This document shows positions 48,131 through 57,451 of a DNA stretch of 64,000 bases, piece by piece (position 1 is the first letter of the stretch; each line of letters opens with the position of its first letter). The stretch covers positions 91,477-155,476 of IMG/VR virus record IMGVR_UViG_3300010998_000001; one strand, 5' to 3'. The stretch is from a virus. Taxonomy: Duplodnaviria; Heunggongvirae; Uroviricota; Caudoviricetes. Under the pieces are notes generated by a model. It ran no database searches. It was not told where the DNA came from and worked only from the letters and a program-made list of their open reading frames with translations. A program made the translations under genes and the position numbers.

Positions 48131-49156
48131 ATGAAGATCGAAGAAATAAAAGAAGCAATCCAGACAGAAAGCTATAATTTTCTTCGTACCCATCCGGCGC
48201 TAGGGAACAACATTATTCTTCTTGGCCTTGGCGGGAGCCATGCTTATGGTACAGAAAATGCGAATAGTGATTTGGATGTTCGGGGGATCGCCACAAATAC
48301 AAAGAGATTTCTTCTGACTGGCCGCGATTTCGAGCAGTATGTGGAGCGTGAAACAGACACAACGGTTTATTCCTTCGACAAAATGATTAAGTTGCTTTGC
48401 AACTGCAATCCTAATACGATTGAAATTCTTGGTCTAAAGCCGGAGCATTATCTGAGGATGACAAGAGCTGGAAAGATGCTGCTTGATAACAAAGAGATTT
48501 TTCTTTCCAAGATTGCAGTTCATTCCTTTGGCGGTTATGCAAATTCTCAACTTCGCAGACTGGAAAACAAATCGGCGCGGCTCGCAAGCCAGGAACAGCA
48601 GGAAAAGAATATTCTGAAAAGCATTGAGAATGCCAGCGTAGATTATAAGCAGCACTATTTCCATTTCCCTGATGATGCTATCCGTCTTTTCATTGATGAG
48701 ACTGACCGCGAGGGATATAACACAGAGATTTTCATGGATGTGAATTTGTCTCATTATCCTCTGCGTGATTATACTGGCCTGTGGAGCGAGATGCAGAACG
48801 TGGCGAAAGCGTATGCAAGCATTGGAAAGAGAAATGAGAAGGCAATCGCGCACGACAAGCTGGGGAAGCATATGTGCCATTTGGTAAGGCTCTACCTCAT
48901 GTGTTTCGATATTCTTGAAAAGGGAGAGATCAACACCTTCCGCGACAAAGACCACGATCTTCTTATGTCCATCCGTAATGGACGGTATCTTGACGAAAAC
49001 CGTCAGCCTATTCCAGAGTTCTATGAAATGGTCGATGGATTAGAAAAGCGCCTCGATTATGACAAGACGCATACTGAGCTGCCGGACAGACCAGACATGG
49101 AAGCTGTATATGATCTGGCAATGACAATTAATGAAGAAGTGTGTAGGAGCGTGTAA
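48131..49156 (+). CDS. Pol-beta-superfamily nucleotidyltransferase (RlaP-like GS-x-AYG...SD-x-D class)
   Basis: GLGGSHAYGTENANSDLDVRG; 341 aa. Confidence 0.6.
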   Translation: MKIEEIKEAIQTESYNFLRTHPALGNNIILLGLGGSHAYGTENANSDLDVRGIATNTKRFLLTGRDFEQYVERETDTTVYSFDKMIKLLCNCNPNTIEILGLKPEHYLRMTRAGKMLLDNKEIFLSKIAVHSFGGYANSQLRRLENKSARLASQEQQEKNILKSIENASVDYKQHYFHFPDDAIRLFIDETDREGYNTEIFMDVNLSHYPLRDYTGLWSEMQNVAKAYASIGKRNEKAIAHDKLGKHMCHLVRLYLMCFDILEKGEINTFRDKDHDLLMSIRNGRYLDENRQPIPEFYEMVDGLEKRLDYDKTHTELPDRPDMEAVYDLAMTINEEVCRSV

Positions 49157-50428
49157 ATGTACCTTCCATCTGATGTAGAGTATATTCTTGAAGTCTTATA
49201 TCTCAATGGGTATCAAGCGTATTGCGTTGGTGGATGTGTTCGTGACAGTTTGATGGGTATTAAGCCGCACGACTATGACATTTGCACGTCGGCAACACCA
49301 GATCAAATCTTGGGCATATTCAACGAATGTGGCTTGCGCTGTCTTACCGTGGGCCTGAAACATGGCACGGTCACGGTCATTCTTGGCAGCGAGCAATATG
49401 AGATCACGACATTTCGTATTGATGGTGATTATTCAGATGGTAGACACCCGGACGAGGTAATATTTACAGACAAGCTTTATGAGGATTTGGCGCGACGGGA
49501 TTTCACTATGAACGCCATTGCCTATAATTTCAGAGATGGGATCGTAGACCCATTCCACGGTCAGGATGATATTAAGCGGCGCATTATCCGCTGTGTTGGT
49601 GATGCCAATGAACGATTCCAGGAGGACGCTCTGCGTATGCTGCGCTGTCTGCGCTTTGCCTCGCGGTTCAATGATCTATATATAGACGGCGATACCAGAC
49701 AAGCGCTTATAACTAATGCGCATCTTCTCAAGAATGCGTCTGTCGAGCGCATTCAGTCTGAGCTTGTGCAGATTTTGGAGTGCGACAATCATTCTAACCA
49801 AATCCTGTATGAGAATTTGATCTATCTTCTTTCCGTCGTTGTGCCGGAGCTTGAGATGGATGATAAATATGATATAGCTCGCCACCTGATCGGACAACAT
49901 TCAACTGGCCGCAATGTCTATACAATGGCGGCTCTTCTTTTCGATTTCTGTGAAGAGACGCTAGATGATGTTTTGCGCCGCTTGAGATTCCCGAATGATG
50001 ATATTTACCACATCAAGCATATCAGCGCCAATGGCTATGATATTGTTGAAAATCTTGACATTCTTATGTCTGGTAATGTCGATCTCGATATTTTTGCGCG
50101 AGATATTATCAGCCGCATAGGATATGGGGACGCTTTTGAATCTGTGAATTATGCGATCTCCTATCAGAGCGTTGATATGGACAAGGTGAGTTTTCTTTTT
50201 GGTCTGAAGGAGATCGTCGGCGCACACTATGTAGACGAGGGCCGCATTACTATTTCGTCTCTTGAGATTAACGGAAATGATTTGCTGGCTCTTGGGTATC
50301 AGGATCGCAAGATTGGAGAGATGCTAAACATCCTTCTTGATAAAGTCATTCATTATGAGCTTGGGAATAAGCGCGATCAACTCATGTGGTTTGTGAAAAA
50401 TTATAAAGCAAAACAAACTAAGTCTTGA
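49157..50428 (+). CDS. cca: tRNA nucleotidyltransferase (CCA-adding enzyme)
   Basis: GYQAYCVGGCVRDSLMGIKPHDYDICTSATPDQI matches the class-II CCA-enzyme head motif. Confidence 0.8.
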   Translation: MYLPSDVEYILEVLYLNGYQAYCVGGCVRDSLMGIKPHDYDICTSATPDQILGIFNECGLRCLTVGLKHGTVTVILGSEQYEITTFRIDGDYSDGRHPDEVIFTDKLYEDLARRDFTMNAIAYNFRDGIVDPFHGQDDIKRRIIRCVGDANERFQEDALRMLRCLRFASRFNDLYIDGDTRQALITNAHLLKNASVERIQSELVQILECDNHSNQILYENLIYLLSVVVPELEMDDKYDIARHLIGQHSTGRNVYTMAALLFDFCEETLDDVLRRLRFPNDDIYHIKHISANGYDIVENLDILMSGNVDLDIFARDIISRIGYGDAFESVNYAISYQSVDMDKVSFLFGLKEIVGAHYVDEGRITISSLEINGNDLLALGYQDRKIGEMLNILLDKVIHYELGNKRDQLMWFVKNYKAKQTKS

Positions 50429-50453
50429 CAAATCAAGAATAATCTGCTATAAT
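50425..50453 (+). promoter_or_regulatory. Sigma70 promoter with an extended -10 (ctgcTATAAT), upstream of the Thg1-like gene
   Basis: ttgaca-aatcaagaataatctgc-tataat. Confidence 0.5.
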
Positions 50454-50483
50454 ACAGTATAGAAAAACGAAAGGACAGAAACA

Positions 50484-51284
50484 ATGACAAAGGATTCTCT
50501 TGGAGATCGGATGAAAGCCTACGAGAACATCAATCGAAATTATCTCATGCGGCGAGTGCCAGTTGTGATTCGCCTGGATGGGAAAGCGTTCCATACCTTC
50601 ACCCGTGGATTCAATAAGCCGTTTGATGATGTTTTCTCTGCCGCCATGGGCGACACAATGAAATATCTTTGTGAGAATATCCAGGGATGCGTTCTTGGTT
50701 ATACTCAGTCAGACGAGATTTCTTTGTGCCTGGTTGATTACCAGAAACTAGATAGTGATGCCTGGTTTAGCTACAACATTCAGAAGATGGCGAGCGTGGC
50801 CGCGAGTATGGCAACACTCAAATTCAATAATGCGTTTCTTCGCCATGTAGAAGAAACAAAGAGTATTCTATCGTATCCCGATCCAGTTAAAGATATGTTG
50901 GACGATGATCCTACGCCGTTTTCGGCTTATTACACAGCAAAGTTTCGTGGCGCAATGTTCGATGCTCGTTGTTTCAGTCTGAGTAAGGAAGAGGTTTGCA
51001 ATTACTTTCTCTGGCGGCAGAACGATGCTGTAAGAAATTCTATCTCAAGCGCGGCGCAATCCCTATTCTCTCATAACGAGCTGCTGGGAATTGACTCTAA
51101 TGGCCTTCAGGATAAGATGTTCACAGAACGCGGTGTAAACTGGAATGACTATCCTACGAAGTATCGACGCGGTTTCTGCTGTGTCAAAGGCGAAGATGGA
51201 AAATGGTTTCTTGATACAGAGATTCCTATTTTCAAGGGCGAGGATCGCGCCTATATCGACAAATTTATTTATGTTGGCGAATAA
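50484..51284 (+). CDS. Thg1-like protein (tRNA-His guanylyltransferase family, 3'-5' nucleotide addition)
   Basis: KAYENINRNY...VVIRLDGKAFHTF...GYTQSDEISLCL parallels Thg1 (EYV...RIDGKHFHRF...YGESDEYSF). Confidence 0.75.
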   Translation: MTKDSLGDRMKAYENINRNYLMRRVPVVIRLDGKAFHTFTRGFNKPFDDVFSAAMGDTMKYLCENIQGCVLGYTQSDEISLCLVDYQKLDSDAWFSYNIQKMASVAASMATLKFNNAFLRHVEETKSILSYPDPVKDMLDDDPTPFSAYYTAKFRGAMFDARCFSLSKEEVCNYFLWRQNDAVRNSISSAAQSLFSHNELLGIDSNGLQDKMFTERGVNWNDYPTKYRRGFCCVKGEDGKWFLDTEIPIFKGEDRAYIDKFIYVGE

Positions 51285-51319
51285 AGTAAATCAAACTAAA
51301 GACAATTAAGGAGATTTTA

Positions 51320-52180
51320 ATGAACAAAAATTATTCTAAGATTATTGGCGCGGTTGTTGCTGTCGTAATTGTACTGATTCTGATTATGTCGTGTACGGTT
51401 GTGATTGGAGCCGGACATACTGGCGTTGTATCTACGTTTGGCAAAATCAGTGAAGATGTCCTCCAGGAAGGATTTTCTTTTAAGGCCCCGTGGCAAAAGG
51501 TAACTAAGGTTGATAACCGTATTTCGATGCTGACTGTATCAACAGAGGCATTTAGTTCTGACCTTCAGACGGTTAGTGTTGTTGTTGCTGTGAATTATCG
51601 TATTGATACGAGCAAGAGTTATTACATCATCAAAAATATTGGAAAGGATTACGAGGATGTTCTGGTTAATCCTTCTGTGAACGAGGTTCTGAAACAGATC
51701 ATTGCGCAGTACACGGCAGAGCAGAGCATTACTAATCGCGGCGTAATTTCTCTTGCACTTCTTGATGGGCTGAATGAAAAGCTAAATGCAAGTGGTATCT
51801 ATGTGAGTGATATTAACATTATCGACTTTGATTTTAGCGATACATATATTGATGCCGTGGAAGCGAAACAGGTCGCGGAACAGGCCATGCTCAAGGCTCA
51901 GATCGAACAGGAGCAGATGACTATGGAGCGGGAAGCCCAGGCAGAGCGCGATATTATTGCCGCCGAAGCCGCTCTTGAAGTGAGCAAGATCGAGGCCGAA
52001 GCCGTAGAGTTTGCCGGACAGAAAGAGGCCGCAGCGAATAAGGCTATTAGTGAGAGTATTACGTCGGAGCTTGTAGAGTATTATAAGGTTCAGGCTTGGG
52101 ATGGCGCACTTCCAACTATTACTGGAAGTGAATCTATAATCACTCTTACTGGTGTTACTGATGACTCTGACGCGCAGTAA
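51320..52180 (+). CDS. SPFH/band-7 (prohibitin/HflC-like) membrane protein
   Basis: N-terminal TM helix, SPFH-like core, and a C-terminal EAQ/A-rich coiled-coil. Confidence 0.55.
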   Translation: MNKNYSKIIGAVVAVVIVLILIMSCTVVIGAGHTGVVSTFGKISEDVLQEGFSFKAPWQKVTKVDNRISMLTVSTEAFSSDLQTVSVVVAVNYRIDTSKSYYIIKNIGKDYEDVLVNPSVNEVLKQIIAQYTAEQSITNRGVISLALLDGLNEKLNASGIYVSDINIIDFDFSDTYIDAVEAKQVAEQAMLKAQIEQEQMTMEREAQAERDIIAAEAALEVSKIEAEAVEFAGQKEAAANKAISESITSELVEYYKVQAWDGALPTITGSESIITLTGVTDDSDAQ

Positions 52181-52207
52181 TTGAATCAAAAAAAGGAGAA
52201 TAATGAG

Positions 52208-52840
52208 ATGAAGATTAAGATTGAGAATAATGTTCCAAATGTAAGGGTTACTGTCAACAAGGCAGATGATGGCACGTTTTCTATTCTTCTTGTAGAGGAT
52301 GATAAAAAGAAGCTGGGAGATATCTCTTGCGGAGCAGTTGTTAAGATTGGCGACATTGAGTATATCGTTCTTGACCATCTTGATAATGGTGGTACAGCGG
52401 TTATCACTAAAGAGTTTGCGTATAACGATATGAAGTTTGGCGATAGTGCAGATTGGCGCAGTTCCATCATCCGTGCGAAACTGAATAACGAATTTTATAA
52501 TGCGCTTGCAGAGATTGTTGGTGTAAATAATATTATTCCGATGACAAGAGATTTGACCAGCCTTGATGGTCTTAGAGATTATGGTGAATGCGAGGATATG
52601 GTTTCTCTTCTTACCATGGATGAGTATAGAAAGTACCACGAAATCCTTGGCCTCATGTCCAATTATCTTGATTGGTGGTGGACTATTACCCCGTTCTCTA
52701 CTCCTAGCAATAACTATTCTCGTGGCGTGTGCTACGTCATTTCCGATGGCACTCTGAATTGGTGCGATTGTGGCTATGGTAGCGCGGTTCGCCCGTTTTG
52801 TATTCTTGATTCTTCCGTCTTGGTGTCTTGCGAGGAATGA
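52208..52840 (+). CDS. DGR target protein (210 aa) with a C-terminal variable region, probably a C-type-lectin-fold ligand-binding module
   Basis: The 3' end holds the VR (52717-52797), which matches the TR except at TR adenines. RBS aaaaggag. Confidence 0.8.
   Translation: MKIKIENNVPNVRVTVNKADDGTFSILLVEDDKKKLGDISCGAVVKIGDIEYIVLDHLDNGGTAVITKEFAYNDMKFGDSADWRSSIIRAKLNNEFYNALAEIVGVNNIIPMTRDLTSLDGLRDYGECEDMVSLLTMDEYRKYHEILGLMSNYLDWWWTITPFSTPSNNYSRGVCYVISDGTLNWCDCGYGSAVRPFCILDSSVLVSCEE
52717..52797 (+). repeat. DGR variable repeat (VR) plus the GC-rich initiation-of-mutagenic-homing element GCGGTTCGCCCG
   Basis: 81-bp match to the TR with 11 substitutions, all at TR adenines. Confidence 0.85.
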
Positions 52841-53208
52841 ATGAGAAAAACACCAAGTTTGAGATTGGTGATAAAGCAGAAACATTATATTTTGATGTAT
52901 TTGACAGAACAACAAATAGAAAGAATTATCCGGTGAAATTTCGCCGTATGGCAGATAAATTACAAGAGTTTTCTCTTGATATATATAGTTATTTGTTGGA
53001 TGCTAATTCCTTTTCGGGCGTAAGCGAGGAAAATAGACGAAGGCGATATACTTTAAAAACAAGGGCAATTACTTGCTGTAACAAGTTCCTAAGTCTAACT
53101 AAATATAGTTTACACGCCCATCTTATTAGCGCGGCGACAAGTGAAACATGGACGAATTTAGCACATGATATTAAATTTATGACTCTCGCTTGGAGAAAGA
53201 ACGATTGA
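52837..53208 (+). CDS. avd: Accessory variability determinant (Avd-like small basic helical protein)
   Basis: Sits between the target gene and the TR. ~123 aa and basic, which is the canonical DGR arrangement. Confidence 0.6.
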   Translation: MNEKNTKFEIGDKAETLYFDVFDRTTNRKNYPVKFRRMADKLQEFSLDIYSYLLDANSFSGVSEENRRRRYTLKTRAITCCNKFLSLTKYSLHAHLISAATSETWTNLAHDIKFMTLAWRKND

Positions 53209-53232
53209 TACATTCTTTAGGCTATACGCTGT

Positions 53233-53313
53233 ATCTCGTAACGTGTGCTACGTCAATTCCAATGGCACTCTGAATTGGAACGATTGTGACTATAGTAACG
53301 CGGTTCGCCCGTT
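53233..53313 (+). repeat. DGR template repeat (TR), with AAC codons at the positions that vary in the VR
   Basis: In the target frame the TR encodes SRNVCYVNSNGTLNWNDCDYSNAVRPF. The Asn-AAC codons correspond to the variable VR codons. Confidence 0.85.
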
Positions 53314-53418
53314 CTGGTGGATTAGTGAGGTCTATAAACTGTTTCGGCAGCTACAAGGAGTACACCACATCATCAAAAGAGCGTATAACCTTTCTCGCCT
53401 CGTGCGGGATAAATACAA

Positions 53419-54465
53419 ATGAATATGGGAGATTTTCAAAAACTAATTGATTTTGAAAACCTTTATAACTCTTATAAAGTATCTCTCAAAGGCAAGGGAC
53501 AGAAATCAGGTGCGATCAAATTTAAAGTTATGGCGCTTGAAAATCTGTGTGTTATGAAACGCCAGTTGGTAGAACATACATACAAGATTTCTCCGTATTC
53601 TGAGTTTATAGTGACCGAGCCAAAACGAAGGGTGGTCAAATCAGGTTCTTTCCGAGATAAGGTTCTTCAACATTGCCTATGCGATTATGTCTTATTACCG
53701 AAGATGAAAGATATTTTCATCCAAGATAATTATGCGGGTCAAATAGGCAAGGGAACTTTATACGGGTTGGATCGTTTGTCAGAAAATCTAACTCATTTTT
53801 ATGGCGAATATGGTTGTGAAGGATATATATTGAAGTGCGATATTGCCAAGTTCTTCTATAATATCAATCATGACTTGATGAAAAAATGTATCAAGAAATA
53901 CTTTGAAGATAAAGACATTCGTTGGGTATGTAATCTATTCATAGATAGCGTTGATGGAGATGGCTTACCGTTAGGTAATCAATGCAGTCAAGTTTTTGCG
54001 CTGATGTATCTTAATGGTTTAGATCATTTCATCGTAGAAAAGTTAGGGTGTAAGTATTATGGTAGATATATGGATGATTTTTATTTATTATCGAATGATA
54101 AAGAATATCTCAAAGATTGTCTGAAACAAATCGAGTCTTTTCTGGCTAAATTAAAGTTGACATTAAATAACAAAACAGAGATTGTGCCGATGCGCAAGGG
54201 TATAAGGTTTTTGGGTTTTCACACATATATTACTGAGCAAGGTAAAATCATTCGTAAACTGACGGGTGACAATAAAAGACAGATAAAGAAGAAGCTTCGC
54301 AAGAAAGCGGCCCTTGTCAATAAGGGAAAAATGACAAGAAAGCAATTTAATGAATCGTATTATTCGTGGCGTAATCATGCCTCGCATGGGAATTGTTATA
54401 AGCTGATATGCGAAATGGATAAATATGTAGAATCATTATTTAGAACGGAGAGTAAGATAATATGA
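53419..54465 (+). CDS. DGR reverse transcriptase
   Basis: RT motifs: FRDKVLQ, GLPLGNQCSQ (the DGR-type [LIV]GxxxSQ instead of QGxxxSP), and YGRYMDDFYLL (YMDD). Confidence 0.85.
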   Translation: MNMGDFQKLIDFENLYNSYKVSLKGKGQKSGAIKFKVMALENLCVMKRQLVEHTYKISPYSEFIVTEPKRRVVKSGSFRDKVLQHCLCDYVLLPKMKDIFIQDNYAGQIGKGTLYGLDRLSENLTHFYGEYGCEGYILKCDIAKFFYNINHDLMKKCIKKYFEDKDIRWVCNLFIDSVDGDGLPLGNQCSQVFALMYLNGLDHFIVEKLGCKYYGRYMDDFYLLSNDKEYLKDCLKQIESFLAKLKLTLNNKTEIVPMRKGIRFLGFHTYITEQGKIIRKLTGDNKRQIKKKLRKKAALVNKGKMTRKQFNESYYSWRNHASHGNCYKLICEMDKYVESLFRTESKII

Positions 54466-55526
54466 TTAAATATTTTGATAAACAGAATTGCTTTGTAGAA
54501 TTGTTTGATCCTACGAATGGTTATTATGCTCGCACGGGAGTATTGAATGACAAGGGTGAAGATACTGGTGTTGATCCTTTCATGCGCGATTTTCCGGCGC
54601 TCATCGACATTGGTATTATGCAGAGCTGCGTTTGTGCGAAGCGTTGCAAAGTGGACTGTTACCAGAAAGCGATTGATCGGTTTGGTGCGAATATGAGCCT
54701 TGATGATTACAAGGAAATCATGCGCCAGTCAAAGGGTAAAGTATTTCAGGTTGCGCTTGGCGGCGCTGGTGATCCTGATACACATGAGAACTTCGGCGCT
54801 ATTCTGAAAATCACCAGAGAACATAACATCGTTCCTAACTTTACAACCTCTGGTATTGCGTTCTATTCAGATAAGGCAAGGCTGTGTAAAGACTATTGCG
54901 GAGCCGTGGCCGTAAGCGAACATTGGGCTGATTATACGGGAAACGCTATCAAGAATCTTTTGGATGCTGGCGTAAAGACAAACCTTCATTATGTGCTGTC
55001 GAATAAGAGTATCGACGATGCTATTGCGCGGTTGCGCGAAGGCTGTTTCTATGATGGTATCAATGCCGTCGTATTCCTTCTTTATAAACCGATTGGCCTT
55101 GGCAAGCGAGAGAATGTTCTGCGGCCAGATGATCCGAAGTTGAATGAATTTTTCGAGCTGGTGGATAAGGGCGGCTATGATTTCAAGATTGGATTTGATA
55201 GCTGTTCATGTCCTGGTATCGTCAACAAAACATCGAATGTTGATTTGCAGAGCATCGACTTCTGTGAAGGTGCGCGGTACTCCATGTATATCGACGCTCA
55301 TATGAACGCCATGCCTTGTTCCTTTGGCAACCAGGATGAAAAGTATTTTGTAAGTCTGCGCGACTTTACGATTGAAGAGGCATGGCATAGCTATGTGTTC
55401 GAGGATTTCCGTAGGCATCTGCGCGATTCCTGCCCTGGATGTGCAAATCGTTATGGTTGCGCTGGCGGTTGTCCAATTTGCCGCGATATTGTTCTATGTA
55501 ATGCGAAAGAGAAGGTTCTTGTATGA
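54462..55526 (+). CDS. Radical-SAM-like enzyme with a C-terminal SPASM-type Cys cluster
   Basis: N-terminal Cys cluster SCVCAKRCKVDC (non-canonical spacing). GGxGDP at ALGGAGDP. C-terminal CPGCANRYGCAGGCPIC, which fits CX2CX5CX3C. Confidence 0.45.
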   Translation: MIKYFDKQNCFVELFDPTNGYYARTGVLNDKGEDTGVDPFMRDFPALIDIGIMQSCVCAKRCKVDCYQKAIDRFGANMSLDDYKEIMRQSKGKVFQVALGGAGDPDTHENFGAILKITREHNIVPNFTTSGIAFYSDKARLCKDYCGAVAVSEHWADYTGNAIKNLLDAGVKTNLHYVLSNKSIDDAIARLREGCFYDGINAVVFLLYKPIGLGKRENVLRPDDPKLNEFFELVDKGGYDFKIGFDSCSCPGIVNKTSNVDLQSIDFCEGARYSMYIDAHMNAMPCSFGNQDEKYFVSLRDFTIEEAWHSYVFEDFRRHLRDSCPGCANRYGCAGGCPICRDIVLCNAKEKVLV

Positions 55527-56164
55527 ATCCATTTCTATTTGTTTTCGGTCTGGCGTTACCTTGGATTATCAGTTTTGTTATTAATGTAATTCAAGAAGCA
55601 ACAAATAATGATGAGGTTGATGAAGATAAGGAAACAAAGTCAACCAATAAAGAACTGTGCCATGATTATGAAAAATATAAGGATGATGCCGATATGATTC
55701 CTTTGACGTTCTCACAGTTTCATTCTTATTATTCACTGAATCCGGCTATGTGGAAGTTGGGGAAGTATTATGCCAAACGTGTTCAAGATGGCGTTACCAA
55801 CAATGACATATGGCGTTATGACGAGCTGTGTTCTCAGTATGGCGAAGATGGTGTTGATGCTGTTTTCAAAAGTAAACGATCTCTGTTTTACTGTATTCAT
55901 TTTGCGACGTTTGAGGATTTTAAAAAGTACAGAAAGTTTATCGCAACAGAAGAACAGCGGATTGCAGATGAAAAGGAACGCGAGCGGCTAAAAAGAGAAA
56001 TGGAGCGTAAGAAGAAACTTACGGTTGCTTTCTTGGAGTCCATTCAGAAAGACATTGATAATATGCGGCAGCTCAGTCAAGACGAATATAACCAGGCGCT
56101 TGATACTGTTTCCAAGATTAAGCAACACGCAGATGAAGTGTATGCCACGCGCACAGCGCATTAA
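55523..56164 (+). CDS. Membrane-anchored coiled-coil protein (213 aa)
   Basis: N-terminal TM helix, then a charged coiled-coil. Confidence 0.4.
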   Translation: MNPFLFVFGLALPWIISFVINVIQEATNNDEVDEDKETKSTNKELCHDYEKYKDDADMIPLTFSQFHSYYSLNPAMWKLGKYYAKRVQDGVTNNDIWRYDELCSQYGEDGVDAVFKSKRSLFYCIHFATFEDFKKYRKFIATEEQRIADEKERERLKREMERKKKLTVAFLESIQKDIDNMRQLSQDEYNQALDTVSKIKQHADEVYATRTAH

Positions 56165-56199
56165 ATAAAATAAAAAATTAATTTGATGGAGAAATAATT

Positions 56200-56484
56200 A
56201 TGCGAGTAGTAATTGTTAAGCACGAAAGTTGTGGCACAAAGTATTTGTTCCAGGTGCCGGAGCCGTATAGTTTTTTGACTGGTGATCTCGTCAGTGTTAA
56301 GACGCGCAAGGGAACAACTACAATGGCGACGTGTCTGAGTCCGTCTTTTGACATTGACGAAAACAGCGAGCGATTTAAGGAGCTGTGTGTGAATATGGGC
56401 GCGACTGTTCCGCTGTCGCCTGTTGTCGGCTATTATAACTATGTTGATATTGCGCAGGAAACGCAAAGGGTAGTTGATTTCTAA
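56200..56484 (+). CDS. Hypothetical protein (94 aa)
   Basis: RBS gatggag. Confidence 0.4.
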   Translation: MRVVIVKHESCGTKYLFQVPEPYSFLTGDLVSVKTRKGTTTMATCLSPSFDIDENSERFKELCVNMGATVPLSPVVGYYNYVDIAQETQRVVDF

Positions 56485-56486
56485 TT

Positions 56487-56900
56487 ATGAAAATTCGCAC
56501 AGACTTTGTAACAAATAGTTCTAGCAGCAGTTTTCTTGTGGCATACCGCGAGCCAAATGAAGATAGTAAGTATGCCGCGCTCTATAAGCATCTTCTTGAA
56601 GCTATTATCAAAGCTGAAGGATATGATACAGATGTAGCGATGGTTTTTTATTCCCAAGATGAATTTGATAATTGGATTATTGAAAGTGAATCTTGGTGTG
56701 GCGCAAAAACCATCGAGGATGTTTTTAAGAATTACGGTTATAGTAAAGAACTATATGATAAGGCCCGTCCTTATTTTGAACAAGGGTTTGTTTTATTTAG
56801 AAAAAATATTTCTTATGATGATGTCGCCCTTGTTGACCTCATCGGAAATATTTCCGAGAGTACAGATGATTTTGTAATTTTGGAGGATAGTGAAGCATGA
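56487..56900 (+). CDS. Paralog 1 of the MKIRTDFVTNSSSSSF family (137 aa)
   Basis: Shares its N-terminal 16 residues with the next two ORFs. Confidence 0.55.
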   Translation: MKIRTDFVTNSSSSSFLVAYREPNEDSKYAALYKHLLEAIIKAEGYDTDVAMVFYSQDEFDNWIIESESWCGAKTIEDVFKNYGYSKELYDKARPYFEQGFVLFRKNISYDDVALVDLIGNISESTDDFVILEDSEA

Positions 56901-57442
56901 AAATTAGAACTGATTTTGTAACCAATTCTAGTAGCTCTAGCTTTATCCTGTCGTTTTCTGACGAAGATAGGATTGATGCAGAAGTAAATGATATGCTTAT
57001 GCTGTATGGTGATCCTATCAAGAAGATCGTTTCTCGTGATGCAAGCATAGGACGGAAATTTACCAAGAAAGAAATACTTGACGCGGCAGAAAAGGCCGTG
57101 CCTGTGTTTGGTGAATATGGTATGGTTCGTTTCGATGGCGTAAACGATGAAGGTGTTGTCCATCTGTTGGAAGAATTTTGGTATAAGGCAAAGTGGGAAG
57201 TAGATTGCCATAAAAGATACGGCGGTCATATGTCGTGGTCTGAAACGATGGATTATTTGCGTACTGACGCTGGCCGAGCAGAGATCATGCAGGAGTATAA
57301 AAGCTATTTTAGTAAATTTGAAAAGTATAGTGATGACTGTATCTTTGTCGAGGTAGAGTACGAGGATCATGATGAGATCGGCGCAATGCTGGAACATGAA
57401 ATCCTTCCGTCAAAATGCGTTATCAGTTTTAATCATCATTAA
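56897..57442 (+). CDS. Paralog 2 of the MKIRTDFVTNSSSSSF family (181 aa)
   Basis: N-terminus MKIRTDFVTNSSSSSFIL. Confidence 0.55.
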   Translation: MKIRTDFVTNSSSSSFILSFSDEDRIDAEVNDMLMLYGDPIKKIVSRDASIGRKFTKKEILDAAEKAVPVFGEYGMVRFDGVNDEGVVHLLEEFWYKAKWEVDCHKRYGGHMSWSETMDYLRTDAGRAEIMQEYKSYFSKFEKYSDDCIFVEVEYEDHDEIGAMLEHEILPSKCVISFNHH

Positions 57443-57451
57443 GGAGAGAGT

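Noticed and set aside
53209-53418. The TR-RT spacer examined for the self-priming hairpin described for some DGRs
   Set aside because: Only weak complementarity was found by eye. It is left unannotated and needs computational folding.
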